Of a DNA stretch of 64,000 nucleotides, positions 41,653-51,455 are shown in pieces. Under the pieces are notes generated by a model, which saw only the letters and a program-made list of their open reading frames with translations, was not told the origin of the DNA and searched no databases. The stretch lies in the NCBI GenBank assembly GCA_965205675.1, contig OZ242186.1, positions 768,001 to 832,000 on the forward strand, in the 5' to 3' direction. This stretch comes from Nitrosopumilus sp. (lineage in GTDB: Archaea; Thermoproteota; Nitrososphaeria; Nitrososphaerales; Nitrosopumilaceae). The position numbers and the translations under genes are program-made. How positions within the stretch are numbered: position 1 is the stretch's first letter; every line of letters begins with the position of its first letter.

Positions 41653-42264
41653 GTGTCTCAACTAACACTGTCTTATTCTGGATATGTCTGTGCGCCTTAC
41701 TTACACAATCATGAATCCGTCGAATTAAAAGAAACTTGGATTCGTTCAAAAAATATTGAGAAATTATACTTTGTTACAGGAACCTTCTCTAGTGAAAGTA
41801 AACCGTACTTTTCTGATTCCACCAATCATTATATTTTAGCTAAATTCAAAAATAGTGAACAAATTTCAAAAGATCTCACCTTTCACAATCAAGAAAAAAC
41901 CTCTTTTGTCTTTAACATTAAAGATGATCTCTTCCAAAGAGAAGTTCAAGGAGATACGAATTTTGTCTCTGTTTACTATTTAGAATATAGTGACGATGGC
42001 GATGATCTACAAGAAATTGCAAATCTTTTACTAAAAAAAGACAAAATTGAGATAGCTGGACTAGGAAATATGAACACTGTTTGCTTGCATTCTTCAAAAT
42101 TTACATTTCCATACTCTGAAAATATTGTAGTCATTGAAGTTGCAAGTGAAAAGAGCCATCAGAGTGTAAAAAAGTATTGTGACCAAACCCGGCGAGATAT
42201 TAATCGAAAAGGAATGACAATGACTAATTTGATGAATCTTTCAATTCTTGATACACTAAAGTAG
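41653..42264 (+). CDS. Hypothetical protein
   Basis: 203-aa ORF with host-like codon usage. Confidence 0.7.
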   Translation: MSQLTLSYSGYVCAPYLHNHESVELKETWIRSKNIEKLYFVTGTFSSESKPYFSDSTNHYILAKFKNSEQISKDLTFHNQEKTSFVFNIKDDLFQREVQGDTNFVSVYYLEYSDDGDDLQEIANLLLKKDKIEIAGLGNMNTVCLHSSKFTFPYSENIVVIEVASEKSHQSVKKYCDQTRRDINRKGMTMTNLMNLSILDTLK

Positions 42265-42324
42265 AAAAGTTAAAACTTTTACTTGTGAGCCAAATATGGT
42301 GATATTTTTACTTTATAAAAAATC

Positions 42325-42850
42325 ATGAAACAACATTTACTTTTATTATTTGTACATGGCATTAAATCTAAATCTAGAAAGTAGAATATCTTAAAAATCT
42401 TGACTGCTTCAAAGATTTTTACAAATTAAAAGACTATGATCCTATTTTATCCATCCAGAGAAAAAAACTTCAAGAAATGATTGAAGATTGCACTATCAGT
42501 ACTTGGGAAAGTAACTCAATTTAGATCACAAACTAACCATTATTTCATCAGTTAAACAACAAATTTGGATAGAAAAAGCTTGAAGTAGGTGTTGCTGCTC
42601 CATCAAATGAATCATAACTATAGCGAGAAGCAGAAGTTTGTGAGTTATTTTTTAGGTGTTTCAATTTGTTTGTTCGTATTTACCTATAGGTAAGATCAAC
42701 TGATTTCTAGTTTTTTGAAATTTGGTTCACGAACTTTGTCTTTTCGCTATAATATTGTTCCTACAAGGATTACTACAAACCTTCTTTGAAATTAATGATG
42801 TGGAAATCAAATGGAAAAAACTAGACGTTTGTTTCCTGCAAAGGGTGAGA
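42325..42850 (+). pseudogene. Decayed thaumarchaeal tyrosine integrase N-terminus, interrupted by an IS end
   Basis: Frameshifted fragments FKDFYKLKDYDPILSIQRKKLQEMIED and QTFFEINDVEIKWKKL..LFPAK resemble Nitrososphaeria integrases (from recall). Confidence 0.6.
42497..42516 (+). mobile_element. Solo terminal repeat of an ISH3-like element
   Basis: CAGTACTTGGGAAAGTAACT is the reverse complement (19/20) of 48501-48520. Confidence 0.7.
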
Positions 42851-43908
42851 CACTGATCAAAATCTTCATCTTGTTCTTCTAGCACTTTAGAAAGTAAAAT
42901 AAAAAAATATGTAACTGTCTAGAGTTTTGAAGTACTTTCTTTAATATTTTTTATCTATATCTTTTCTGATCAGTGACAAATTACAATATACAATTGTCAG
43001 TATATGATGAGCTGGAATATTATCGTAACAGATGTCACTCGTTGGAGCAAGAAAACCGTCAGTTACACAGAGAAATTGCAGAACTAAAACAAACAGTGTC
43101 TACACTTGTTGCAAGAAATATCAAAGCAAAACCAAACAAGACTGAAACTGCAAAAAAGAAGAAAACATCAAGACATCCTAGAAAAAGCAGAAGCAGACGG
43201 GCACACATTGATGATGCCATTACAGTTGACCAAAAAGAGTGCAACACATGTGGCAAATCACTCTCAGAACCAACTGATTCATACACCAGAATAGTAGAAG
43301 ACATCATTCCTGCAAAAGCAGTTGTGACAAAATATACGATAGTTAGACGATACTGCACAAACTGCAAAAAACAAATCTCGGGTAACATTCACACTGCGCT
43401 ACCCAATGAGAGATTTGGGATTAGGCTCATGGTGCTAATCATATCACTGAAAACTATCGGATTATCGTATGGTAAAATATCTCATCTTTTGCAGATGCTC
43501 TTCTCACTGCACATTACAGAATCTGCAATTAATCATGCAGTATCAATAGTATCAAAAGCATTTGGGAGCAGATATGATACAATGATTGTAGAGTTAAAAG
43601 AAGATCTAAACATACATGGTGATGAGACAAGTTGGAGGGTAGATGGCCAGAACCACTGGTTGTGGGCATTTGTGAGTAAATGGACTGTAATTTACGAGAT
43701 TGACAAATCACGTTCAATGGATGTTCCCAAGAGAATTCTCAAGGGATATGATGGCAACATTACAAGTGATTCGTACCCTGCATGGAACCATGTTGGAAGC
43801 ACTCACCAGAAATGTCACATCCATTATCTCAGAGAGGTTAATGATACTGGAGTGGACCCCTGTTTTTAGTACCACTTTTTGCATAATCTTACATACAGTC
43901 TGATTCAT

Positions 43909-44730
43909 TTATGTTTTCATCTCCCATAACTCCATGAATTCATCAGGAGTAAGGTATCCTAACGCTGAATGAATCCTGGAACCATTGTAATCGATTCGTG
44001 CTTTCTCTAGAGCAACTTCGGCTTCCTGATAGTTTGCAAACTCGTACCTCCACAAGTATTCCTTCTTGAGTGTCTTGTGGAATGATTCGACATGTCCGTT
44101 TTGTTCTGGCGTGTGGTGCCAGATGAATTCGTGTCTTATTCCAAGTAGAACAACTGCTTTTCTGAAATCTCGGCTGTTGTATTGCGAACCGTTGTCAGTT
44201 CTGAGAATCAGTTTTGTGCAATCAGGCTTTGCAGTAGCTACTGCATTAATGATGCTGTCAATTGCAGTGCTCTTTGGAGCTGCCACATCAAATGAATGCC
44301 AAATCCATTTCCTGCTAAATGCATCAATCACGTTAAAGCAGTAGCACCATCTGTCAACCCCACACCAGACATATGTGATGTCTGTCTGCCACAACTGGTT
44401 TGGTGCATCAGGCTTGAATAATGTTCTGGCAGATTTGATGATGTCATTTTTGGTCTTTTTAGGCCCAATCCAGCCCAATTTGTGAAATATTCTTCTGATT
44501 TGTTTTCTGTTTACAGGCTTGTTCAGTTCCCTTGAGACTTGGGATGCCATGCGTCTGGTTCCATAAGTTGGCCTTTGTTTTCCAATCTTTTGAACTACAT
44601 CAGTTACTGCAGGATCTGTCTGAATCCTTCTTGGTGACTTTGAGTAATACCATTTGGATTTTGAGACTCCAATTAATAACAATGACTTGTTCAAACTGAT
44701 GTGTTTGTTCAGTTGATTCACTGCAGTCAT
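43909..44730 (-). CDS. IS3 OrfB (rve DDE domain)
   Basis: YGTRR, WQTDITY, TDNGSQY, NGHVESFHKTLKKE, RIHSALGYLTP. Confidence 0.94.
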   Translation of the reverse strand: MTAVNQLNKHISLNKSLLLIGVSKSKWYYSKSPRRIQTDPAVTDVVQKIGKQRPTYGTRRMASQVSRELNKPVNRKQIRRIFHKLGWIGPKKTKNDIIKSARTLFKPDAPNQLWQTDITYVWCGVDRWCYCFNVIDAFSRKWIWHSFDVAAPKSTAIDSIINAVATAKPDCTKLILRTDNGSQYNSRDFRKAVVLLGIRHEFIWHHTPEQNGHVESFHKTLKKEYLWRYEFANYQEAEVALEKARIDYNGSRIHSALGYLTPDEFMELWEMKT

Positions 44731-45017
44731 CTTTTCTGGTTCTCCAACGTTTTTTTTAAAATGTCATTGGCAATTGTGATCTCGCCGATTAGTTTTTTGA
44801 GGGAATCATTTTCCTTTTGCAGATTCTTGCAGACATCTCCGTTTGGTGTGCCATTTAATGATGCCTTGCCACCTTCTACAAATCGTTCCCTCCATTGGTA
44901 GAATGTCTGTGGATGAATATTGTACTTTCTGCACAACTCTGCAGTTGCAATGTTTGTGTTTAGTGACTCTAAAACCACTCTTGACTTTTCTGCTGATGTG
45001 AATTTGCTCTTTACCAT
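44727..45017 (-). CDS. IS3 OrfA (HTH)
   Basis: AELCRKYNIHPQTFYQW; ATGA overlap with orfB and an A-run near the 3' end. Confidence 0.92.
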   Translation of the reverse strand: MVKSKFTSAEKSRVVLESLNTNIATAELCRKYNIHPQTFYQWRERFVEGGKASLNGTPNGDVCKNLQKENDSLKKLIGEITIANDILKKTLENQKR

Positions 45018-45559
45018 GAGGGTAAGCCTCCCAAGTTATCTGAAAAGTGTATGTATGCTACCGGTCCTACTCTAGAGGGGACCAGACCAATACCATTAAT
45101 CACAAGAATCCCGGACCAGAATTTGCACCATTTGCCAAGAATCTCAAGAAAATAATTTATGACTCTCATGGTGTGGCAAAAATAAAATCAGAATCAGAAA
45201 GAATCCATGCAAAAAAGAATCTTGAAAGGAGAATTAATCACATCATATCAAAAAAATACACAGAGAAAAACTGTATCAGGTTTGTAAAAAGATTGAAACG
45301 TGAGAGAAAAATGCTTTTTACATTCCTAATTACTGGAACTGATTCACACAATAACACAGCAGAGAGGGCAATCAGACCAAATGTGATAATTCGTAAAATT
45401 ACAAACGGTCATAGAACCATTCATGGTGCTGATTCTCATAAGATACTGATGAGTATAAAGGAGACATGCAGATTACGAGGATTAAACTTTCATGATTATT
45501 CTTTAGAATATCTTGGAGATTTTACTTCAAAACTCTAGACAGTTACAATTTTTTTAGTA

Positions 45560-46433
45560 TTTAATTCATCTTAAAATCCTCCAATACATCAAAATTGATG
45601 CAAGGTAAACAAATCCCAGATAATTCTCACAGTTCTTTTCATATCTGATTGCAGTTCTATGAAAACCCCACTTGAGCCATGCAAATCTCTCTACAACAAA
45701 TCTTGTTTTGTTGTAATTTTTCAGATATGGTGTATTTGGAATTACTCCTGTATGTGATACAACAACTCATTCCATTCCATAACATCTCAAATAATTTCTG
45801 ATGTATTTTGCATCGTATCCCTTGCCTGCATATGCTGAGATAATCTGCGGCATCAAACCATCATTTAAAAAATCTGAAATGTTTTCTAACACATCAATGA
45901 ATCTTGTACTATCATGTTCATTTGCAGAAACTCATTATCATTGAAATTGGCAGACCATTTGATTCAACTGCAAATGTACTTTTGTTCCTAGAATCTTCTT
46001 AAATCCATCATATCCTATTTCATCTCCCCTTTTTTGACAGCAATAGATGAAGAATCAATTGAAATCTTTTGCAAGTTGATTTTTCCTTGTCTGTGTGCCA
46101 ATTTAATCAGATTTGACAGAATTTTTTTTCCATATTCCTTTTTGCTGCAGTTCTGAAAATCTGAGACGTGCAGTAGATTTTGAACCGTATTGTATAGGCA
46201 TGTCTGCCCATCTGCAACCCGTAGTCAAGACAAACAATATTCCGTTAATTGTGCTTCTGTCATCACATCTTGGACGTCCTGTTCTTGCCGGTTTTGGTAA
46301 ATGCTTTACAATGGTCTTCTATTGAATATCTGAAATTTCTTTATGAATCATGTAAAAGATTTGAGGGTATTATTGTTAGATCTATATTACCATCAAATGT
46401 TTACAAAATGATCTGTTTTAGGATGAGTTGCTA
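45560..46433 (-). pseudogene. IS5-family (IS427-like) element, decayed
   Basis: Fragments TGRPRCDDRSTINGILFVLTTGCRWADMP, ISIDSS, GYDG, KGYD, IRYEK with several frameshifts; degenerate TIRs; ends approximate. Confidence 0.82.
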
Positions 46434-46577
46434 ATCCATCACCTCCAACTTTGTTTATCGTTATTAACGTATGTGATGATGTTTTCATCGCATCAAATAT
46501 TATTATAAAAATGAATTATTTTTGAATAAAAATATTCTTGGTGTCAAGCTTAAATTGGGCAATTTTCTGGTTTTACT

Positions 46578-46654
46578 GGGATCGTGGTCTAGCTTGGTAT
46601 GATTCTGCGTTTGGGACGCAGAGGTCGCGAATTCAAATTTCGCCGATCCCACCA
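46578..46654 (+). tRNA. tRNA-Pro(TGG) with encoded CCA
   Basis: GGGATCG/CGATCCC-ACCA; anticodon arm CTGCG-TTTGGGA-CGCAG. Confidence 0.94.
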
Positions 46655-47209
46655 CTCAAATATAAAAAAGCTATTGTATAACACAACTAGATAATTTTTC
46701 TTACAGTTCACACTAGTGAAATATTGAATTAATCCTCATGTGATGACCTACAAATATTCCATGTTGAATCATTTAATCTAGTTATCTTGCCAAATCCCAA
46801 ACCTGTCAAACCAAATATTATAGATCAATATCTGAGTTTTGCAACAAATATCAAAAGCGCAGAGATATCAAAAAACATTTGGCAAATCCAGGACCAGTAT
46901 CGCAGAAGGTGGGAATAGAGACAGGTTATGCATGTGTTGGTAAATTCAGACCAAGGACATGCAGTGTTAATCCGACTGTCCTGTTTTTGTATTTTTTCTA
47001 TCTTTTGATTTTGTTTAACACATGGATTATTGCAAATTGTACGTTGGGAAATATTTGTTCCATCAATCACACAAATCCAATAACTATATGTGAATAAGAA
47101 AGCAAGGAAATCAGATAGCATAAAAAATGAATCTAGTTCCAAGGTTCGTAAATACTCGGCTCCAAAAAAGATTACAAACAAACAGATTAGGAAGAAACCA
47201 AAGAAAGGC

Positions 47210-48203
47210 ATGTTTGTGGGCATTGACCTGCACAAGAAGTTTCTTCAAGTAATAAATGGATGATGCAGGCAAAGTATTACAAAATGACAAAGTGGATAAC
47301 ACTCATGAATCTATCAGGAAGCATTTTGCAAAAATACCAATTTCTGCAAATATTGTAATGGAATCCTCATCAGTCTGGTATGACACGTATCGATTTCTCA
47401 CAGATACTTTGGGATACAAAAACGTCACACTCTCAAACCCATATTTGACAAAGGCAATTGCTACATCAAAAAAGAAAACAGACAAGATTGATGCCAAGAT
47501 ATTGGCAGATCTTTTACGAGGAGGATACATTGCCACATGTTATGTTCCAGACAAAAAGATTGTACAACAAAGACAGCTTGTAAGATATAGGAAAAAACTA
47601 ATCCAATGGAGAACATCTGTCAAGAATTCAGTTCATGGAATATTGTTACAGGAAGGAATCAGGATTCCAGGAGTTACATTCACTGAAACATACAACAGAA
47701 GACTCAAGGCACTAGGAGATTACAGAATAGACGGATTCTTGCAACAAATCAGCCACCTTAATTTACAGATTGCAGAGATTAATTCCAAAGTGTATGCTGC
47801 TGTAAAAGTTAATCCTGATGCAATTTTGATAAACTCGATTCCGGGAATTGGGCATTATTCTTCGCTTGTCATTGCATCAGAGATTGCAGATATTGAGAGA
47901 TTCAATGATTCTCACAAACTGTGTGCATATGCAGGAGTTGTACCATCAGTTAGAAACTCTGCAGATACAATACACCATGGCAGAATAACAAAAAGGGGAA
48001 GCATGACATTGAGATGGGTTCTAACAGAATGCATACACACTCATGCAATTCATGCCAAGGATAGTGACATTACAAAATTTTACAATCGCATTAAAAAGAA
48101 AAGAGGATCATCCAAAGCTGCAGTAGCTGGTGCATCAAAGATCCTGAGGGTGATTTATTGGATGTTAAAGGAGAGGAGAGAATTTGTACAAAATTATAGT
48201 TAG
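47210..48203 (+). pseudogene. IS110 DEDD recombinase with a frameshift near 47250
   Basis: MFVGIDLHKKFLQV lies in a different frame from MDDAGK...MESS...KTDKIDA...SIPGIG...AYAGVVPSVRNSA. Confidence 0.88.
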
Positions 48204-48393
48204 GACTGCAAGTCGCGTTGTAATTATTGAGGGACAAGGCCTCGTCTAATAACTGCGAACAATCCTAACTAGGATGAAGATAGCATTGAGAGAATAGTCT
48301 CGTATGGATACATGTCCGCATCTTTTGATTGAAACCATTCTCTAGCGAAAGCCATGCCCTGATGTATAGAAAGAGAGGAAATGTATAAAAACA
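48199..48393 (+). ncRNA. Putative bridge/seek RNA of the IS1111-type element
   Basis: Stem GTTAGGA/TCCTAAC encloses TCGC/GCGA, an internal loop and GAGG/CCTC; the loop strands match the insertion target. Boundaries approximate. Confidence 0.68.
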
Positions 48394-48910
48394 ATTCACA
48401 TGGATAATTACAATTGAGATCCTCAAGTGTATCTTTGAAATTACTATTGTTGATTTCTTTAGGAGAATAAAATCAGAATAATATTTGGAAGATGCCGGGT
48501 AATTACTTTCCCAAGTACTGGTATACGAATCAAGTAAAAATGATTGGCAATGATGAAGCCGTAACAATCATACCTGTGGGAAGCAGAGATGGTGTATTAT
48601 TACTTTCTAGCTATCTGAGCCAATCATTTTCTTTCTTACTTGGTTCTATTTTAATTTTCAAGAGGTTTCATATACGAATCAAAGGAAATTTGAAGAAAAA
48701 CAAATCATAGAAAGACAGTTCTATTTTTGTGGCTCTGGCATTCATTTTAGATAGATGAATGTCTTTACATCAGATACAATGATATCTTGGTTTGTAGAAG
48801 ATCTGCATTTCTGCTTTCTGTAGCCTGTACAGAACGATTGATATTATTACTTATTTGAGACTTGGGCATAATGATTTACAAAAATAAAATCTAATTTCAT
48901 TCTAAATTCT

Positions 48911-49855
48911 CTAACAGCAAAGCATTCTCTTTACAGTTCTTGGATTTTCTGCTCCAATTATACAGTTGTAATATACTGTCAACTGATACACCAACACACA
49001 AACCAACACAAATGATTTCACGTTGTCAAATCCTTTCACATGTACAGTTCTAATGTTGAACGTATCTTTGAATATTTCAAATAAAGGTTCAATTGAAACT
49101 TTTCTTTGTAAGTATAACTCTTGACCTTGTACAGAATTATAAAAATCTGCAAGTTTGATTCGCTCTGGTGGTGTTGATGGATATATTTTGATAGGACAAA
49201 TCAATCTCAAATGTCTCTCATCACTAAACTGATATAATGATTTATCATCATATGCTGGATCACATAAAATATTCTCAACCAGTCCTGAAAGCGGTTCAAC
49301 TATTGTATAATACATTTTACCATCAGAAACATTTGCAGTTGAGACATCAGCAGATAGTGGAACAACCAGTTTGCCAGTACTGCAACTCATATGCAGTTTG
49401 TACCCAAATACCCAACCCTTTGATTTTGAAAAACCCCATTTTGCATCTGTGTCAATTCCTGAGATTGGAATTCTATTCTTTTTCATATCTGACTTGTGCC
49501 ATACTGGACCATCTGCTTTTAGCATGGAACTATCCACTGATGCAGATATGTCATCGACTAGTTTCTCTGATACAAACAGACTTCCCATATTACTGATTAT
49601 ATCACCAATTGGCAGAACTTGGAATCTCCTGTCAATGGTTCTTCTGTTTGGAATTTGAGCTAGTCTGCAAACCTTGAGCAATTTATCATTGGTACCTCTA
49701 GTCGAAAGGAAATAATGTAATGTATTGTTGCTTGGAATTCTCATCCATGACTTTATGATGAACAGCTGTACCATCAGAATTGTAGAGTATACGTACGGTC
49801 TACCAGGTTTCAGTATCTCCTCATACAAAGACAACATTCCCACCAAATGTAACAT
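48911..49855 (-). CDS. DDE transposase (IS982/IS5-like)
   Basis: SVDSS, DTDAKWG...GYKLH, CDPAYD, YLQRKVSIEPLF. Confidence 0.9.
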   Translation of the reverse strand: MLHLVGMLSLYEEILKPGRPYVYSTILMVQLFIIKSWMRIPSNNTLHYFLSTRGTNDKLLKVCRLAQIPNRRTIDRRFQVLPIGDIISNMGSLFVSEKLVDDISASVDSSMLKADGPVWHKSDMKKNRIPISGIDTDAKWGFSKSKGWVFGYKLHMSCSTGKLVVPLSADVSTANVSDGKMYYTIVEPLSGLVENILCDPAYDDKSLYQFSDERHLRLICPIKIYPSTPPERIKLADFYNSVQGQELYLQRKVSIEPLFEIFKDTFNIRTVHVKGFDNVKSFVLVCVLVYQLTVYYNCIIGAENPRTVKRMLCC

Positions 49856-49902
49856 ACCAATAAGAAATGATTCTGATAGAATCTTGCCTAGGGATTTTCA
49901 TT

Positions 49903-50973
49903 AGACCTCTTGCGTAATTAGACATATTTTACCATATTACACAAATTCCTTCACAGCAAGATCCAAAGCTAAGAACAACTTAACACATTTCATGTTAACA
50001 TACAAGCAACTCTCAAAAAAGCCAAAATCCCTTCTCTCTTTTACTGGAGTGACTAGGCAACAGTTTGATGTGATTCTAAAGGATGTCAGAAAGAATCACC
50101 GTATAGAAGAAAAGAAGAGACTATCCAAAGCAAAGAGAAAAAGAAGTATCGGAGCTGGGCGAAAGTTTGATTTGAGTCTTGAAGACCAGCTTGTAATGTT
50201 GTTTGTTTACTATCGGATGTACCTGACATGTGAATTGACAGGATATCTGTTTGGATTAGACCAGAGCAACGTCTACAGAAACATCAGATATTTAGAGCCT
50301 GCAGTAAGAAAAACAGTTCCTATTCCTGCAAAACTATACTCTGATTCTAAAAAAATAAATGTTGTACAGCAACTCCAACTGTTCTTTCCTGAATTAATTG
50401 CAATGACTGATGGTACTGAACAACCAATCCCAAGACCCCAGAACAAAAAGAAAAGAAAGACTCACTATTCAGGCAAAAAAACACACAATAAAAAACCAAA
50501 CACCGTAAACCAGAAAGGTGAGATAATCCACAAACCCCCACATTCTTCAGGTAACATGATTATGCCATACTGAAAATCAGACATCCAGAACTGCCCGAAG
50601 ATGTGATGATATTTTATGACATTGGGTATTTGGGAGTGGAAAAAGATTTCCCAGAACAGACAAGCATTCTACCATACAAGAAAAAGAAAGGAAAAAAACT
50701 GACCATACATCAAAAGGAATGGAACAAGATACAGTCAAGAATCCGAATAAAAGTAGAACATATTATCTCTCAAATCAAAAAGTTTAGGATTAATTTTGAG
50801 ACATTTAGGAACAGATTGTGCAGGTATGATGCAATAAGTGATATCGTATGTGGAATTGTGAATTTCAAGACAAGATGGAAGCAAGAGTTTGCTGTGATTC
50901 CATAAGATTAGAAATTATTTGAAATTAAATTCAATGAAAGATAAGATTTTGTTTGTAATTACGCAAGAGGTCT
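49903..50973 (+). mobile_element. IS5-family ISL2-like element
   Basis: Perfect 18-bp TIR AGACCTCTTGCGTAATTA; inserted between the host IS left end and its transposase start. Confidence 0.88.
49992..50905 (+). pseudogene. ISL2-like transposase (HTH_Tnp_4 + DDE_Tnp_4), frameshifted
   Basis: FTGVT, GAGRK, DGTEQPIPRP, YSGKK, then DIGYLG...RIKVEH in a second frame. Confidence 0.87.
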
Positions 50974-51114
50974 ATTTGTTTTGACATTACAATGAACAAA
51001 ACATGATAAGATCCTTAGCTTTTTCTATTTGAATAATTTGAGAATTGACTCAAAAATCAGAATTAGTTATGCCCATGTCTCACTTATTTAGGAAATGATG
51101 CTCATTAATACAGA

Positions 51115-51450
51115 ATGAGGATTATTGATTTACATCAACCTGATAGGGTTAATCGAGTTCCTGATGCTGTGAATGTTTTACTTTCAAATGGAAACTTTAC
51201 TCAAAATGATTTTAAAATTTCTAGAGTTGAATTACGCCTCTATCATGAAAAAACAGATGAAAAATTAGGCCCCTTTTCTTTGATAACTTCCTTTGTTGAA
51301 ACTGACCGTGGTTCTGTTGAAATGATTTATGATGAGGGGTTTCGTGGTGAGCACTCTCTTTTGAGGGCAACTCAATTCCTAACATCAAATTTGGGGATTT
51401 CTGGCTTGATTTTACGTTCTGTGATTACTCTTCAAGAAAAATCAAAATAA
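51115..51450 (+). CDS. Hypothetical protein
   Basis: 111-aa ORF with host-like codon usage. Confidence 0.7.
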   Translation: MRIIDLHQPDRVNRVPDAVNVLLSNGNFTQNDFKISRVELRLYHEKTDEKLGPFSLITSFVETDRGSVEMIYDEGFRGEHSLLRATQFLTSNLGISGLILRSVITLQEKSK

Positions 51451-51455
51451 TTTTT

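Larger units (their letters stand above)
43848..45089 (-). mobile_element. IS3-family element nested in IS66
   Basis: TG...CA ends; imperfect IRs TGGAGTGGACCCCT / TGGTCTGGTCCCCT; 4-bp TSD ATAC confirmed against the uninterrupted IS66 copy. Confidence 0.93.
42973..45538 (+). pseudogene. IS66 transposase interrupted after position 43847
   Basis: CxxC pairs and HGDETSW; NNTAERAIR resumes after 45093; near-identical to 56037-57350. Confidence 0.9.
42911..45546 (+). mobile_element. IS66-family (single-ORF) element, copy 1, split by an IS3 insertion
   Basis: Perfect 24-bp TIR GTAACTGTCTAGAGTTTTGAAGTA; 1390 bp after removing IS3 and its TSD; flanks are not duplicated. Confidence 0.93.
47081..48404 (+). 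mobile_element. IS110-family, IS1111-type element
   Basis: Sub-terminal IR ATGTGAAT (47088-47095) / ATTCACAT (48394-48401), 7 nt and 3 nt inside the inferred ends; long 3' non-coding region; removal restores the ISH3 frame. Confidence 0.82.
46766..48520 (+). pseudogene. ISH3-like (IS4 superfamily) transposase C-terminal remnant plus right TIR, split by an IS110-family insertion
   Basis: YLSFATN...YRRRW/GIETGY..VGKFRPRT...LFNTWIIAN...TNP|IITIEILK rejoins in frame once 47081-48404 is removed; ends ...CCCAAGTACTG. Confidence 0.72.
48857..51081 (-). mobile_element. IS982-like (DDE_Tnp_1) element carrying a nested ISL2-like IS
   Basis: TIRs GAGACTTGGGCATAA / TTATGCCCATGTCTC; 8-bp TSD ACTTATTT (48849-48856, 51082-51089). 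Family assignment tentative. Confidence 0.87.

Noticed and set aside
47019-48405. CACATGGAT direct repeat as the IS110 boundary
   Set aside because: The ISH3 reading frame continues past the left copy; the sub-terminal IR spacing and in-frame rejoining place the left end at about 47081.
42497-48520. One 6-kb ISH3 element defined by the inverted CAGTACTTGGGAAAGTAA ends
   Set aside because: There is no flanking duplication, the interval includes tRNA-Pro, and the integrase relic resumes about 240 bp after the left end. Two separate remnants are more likely.
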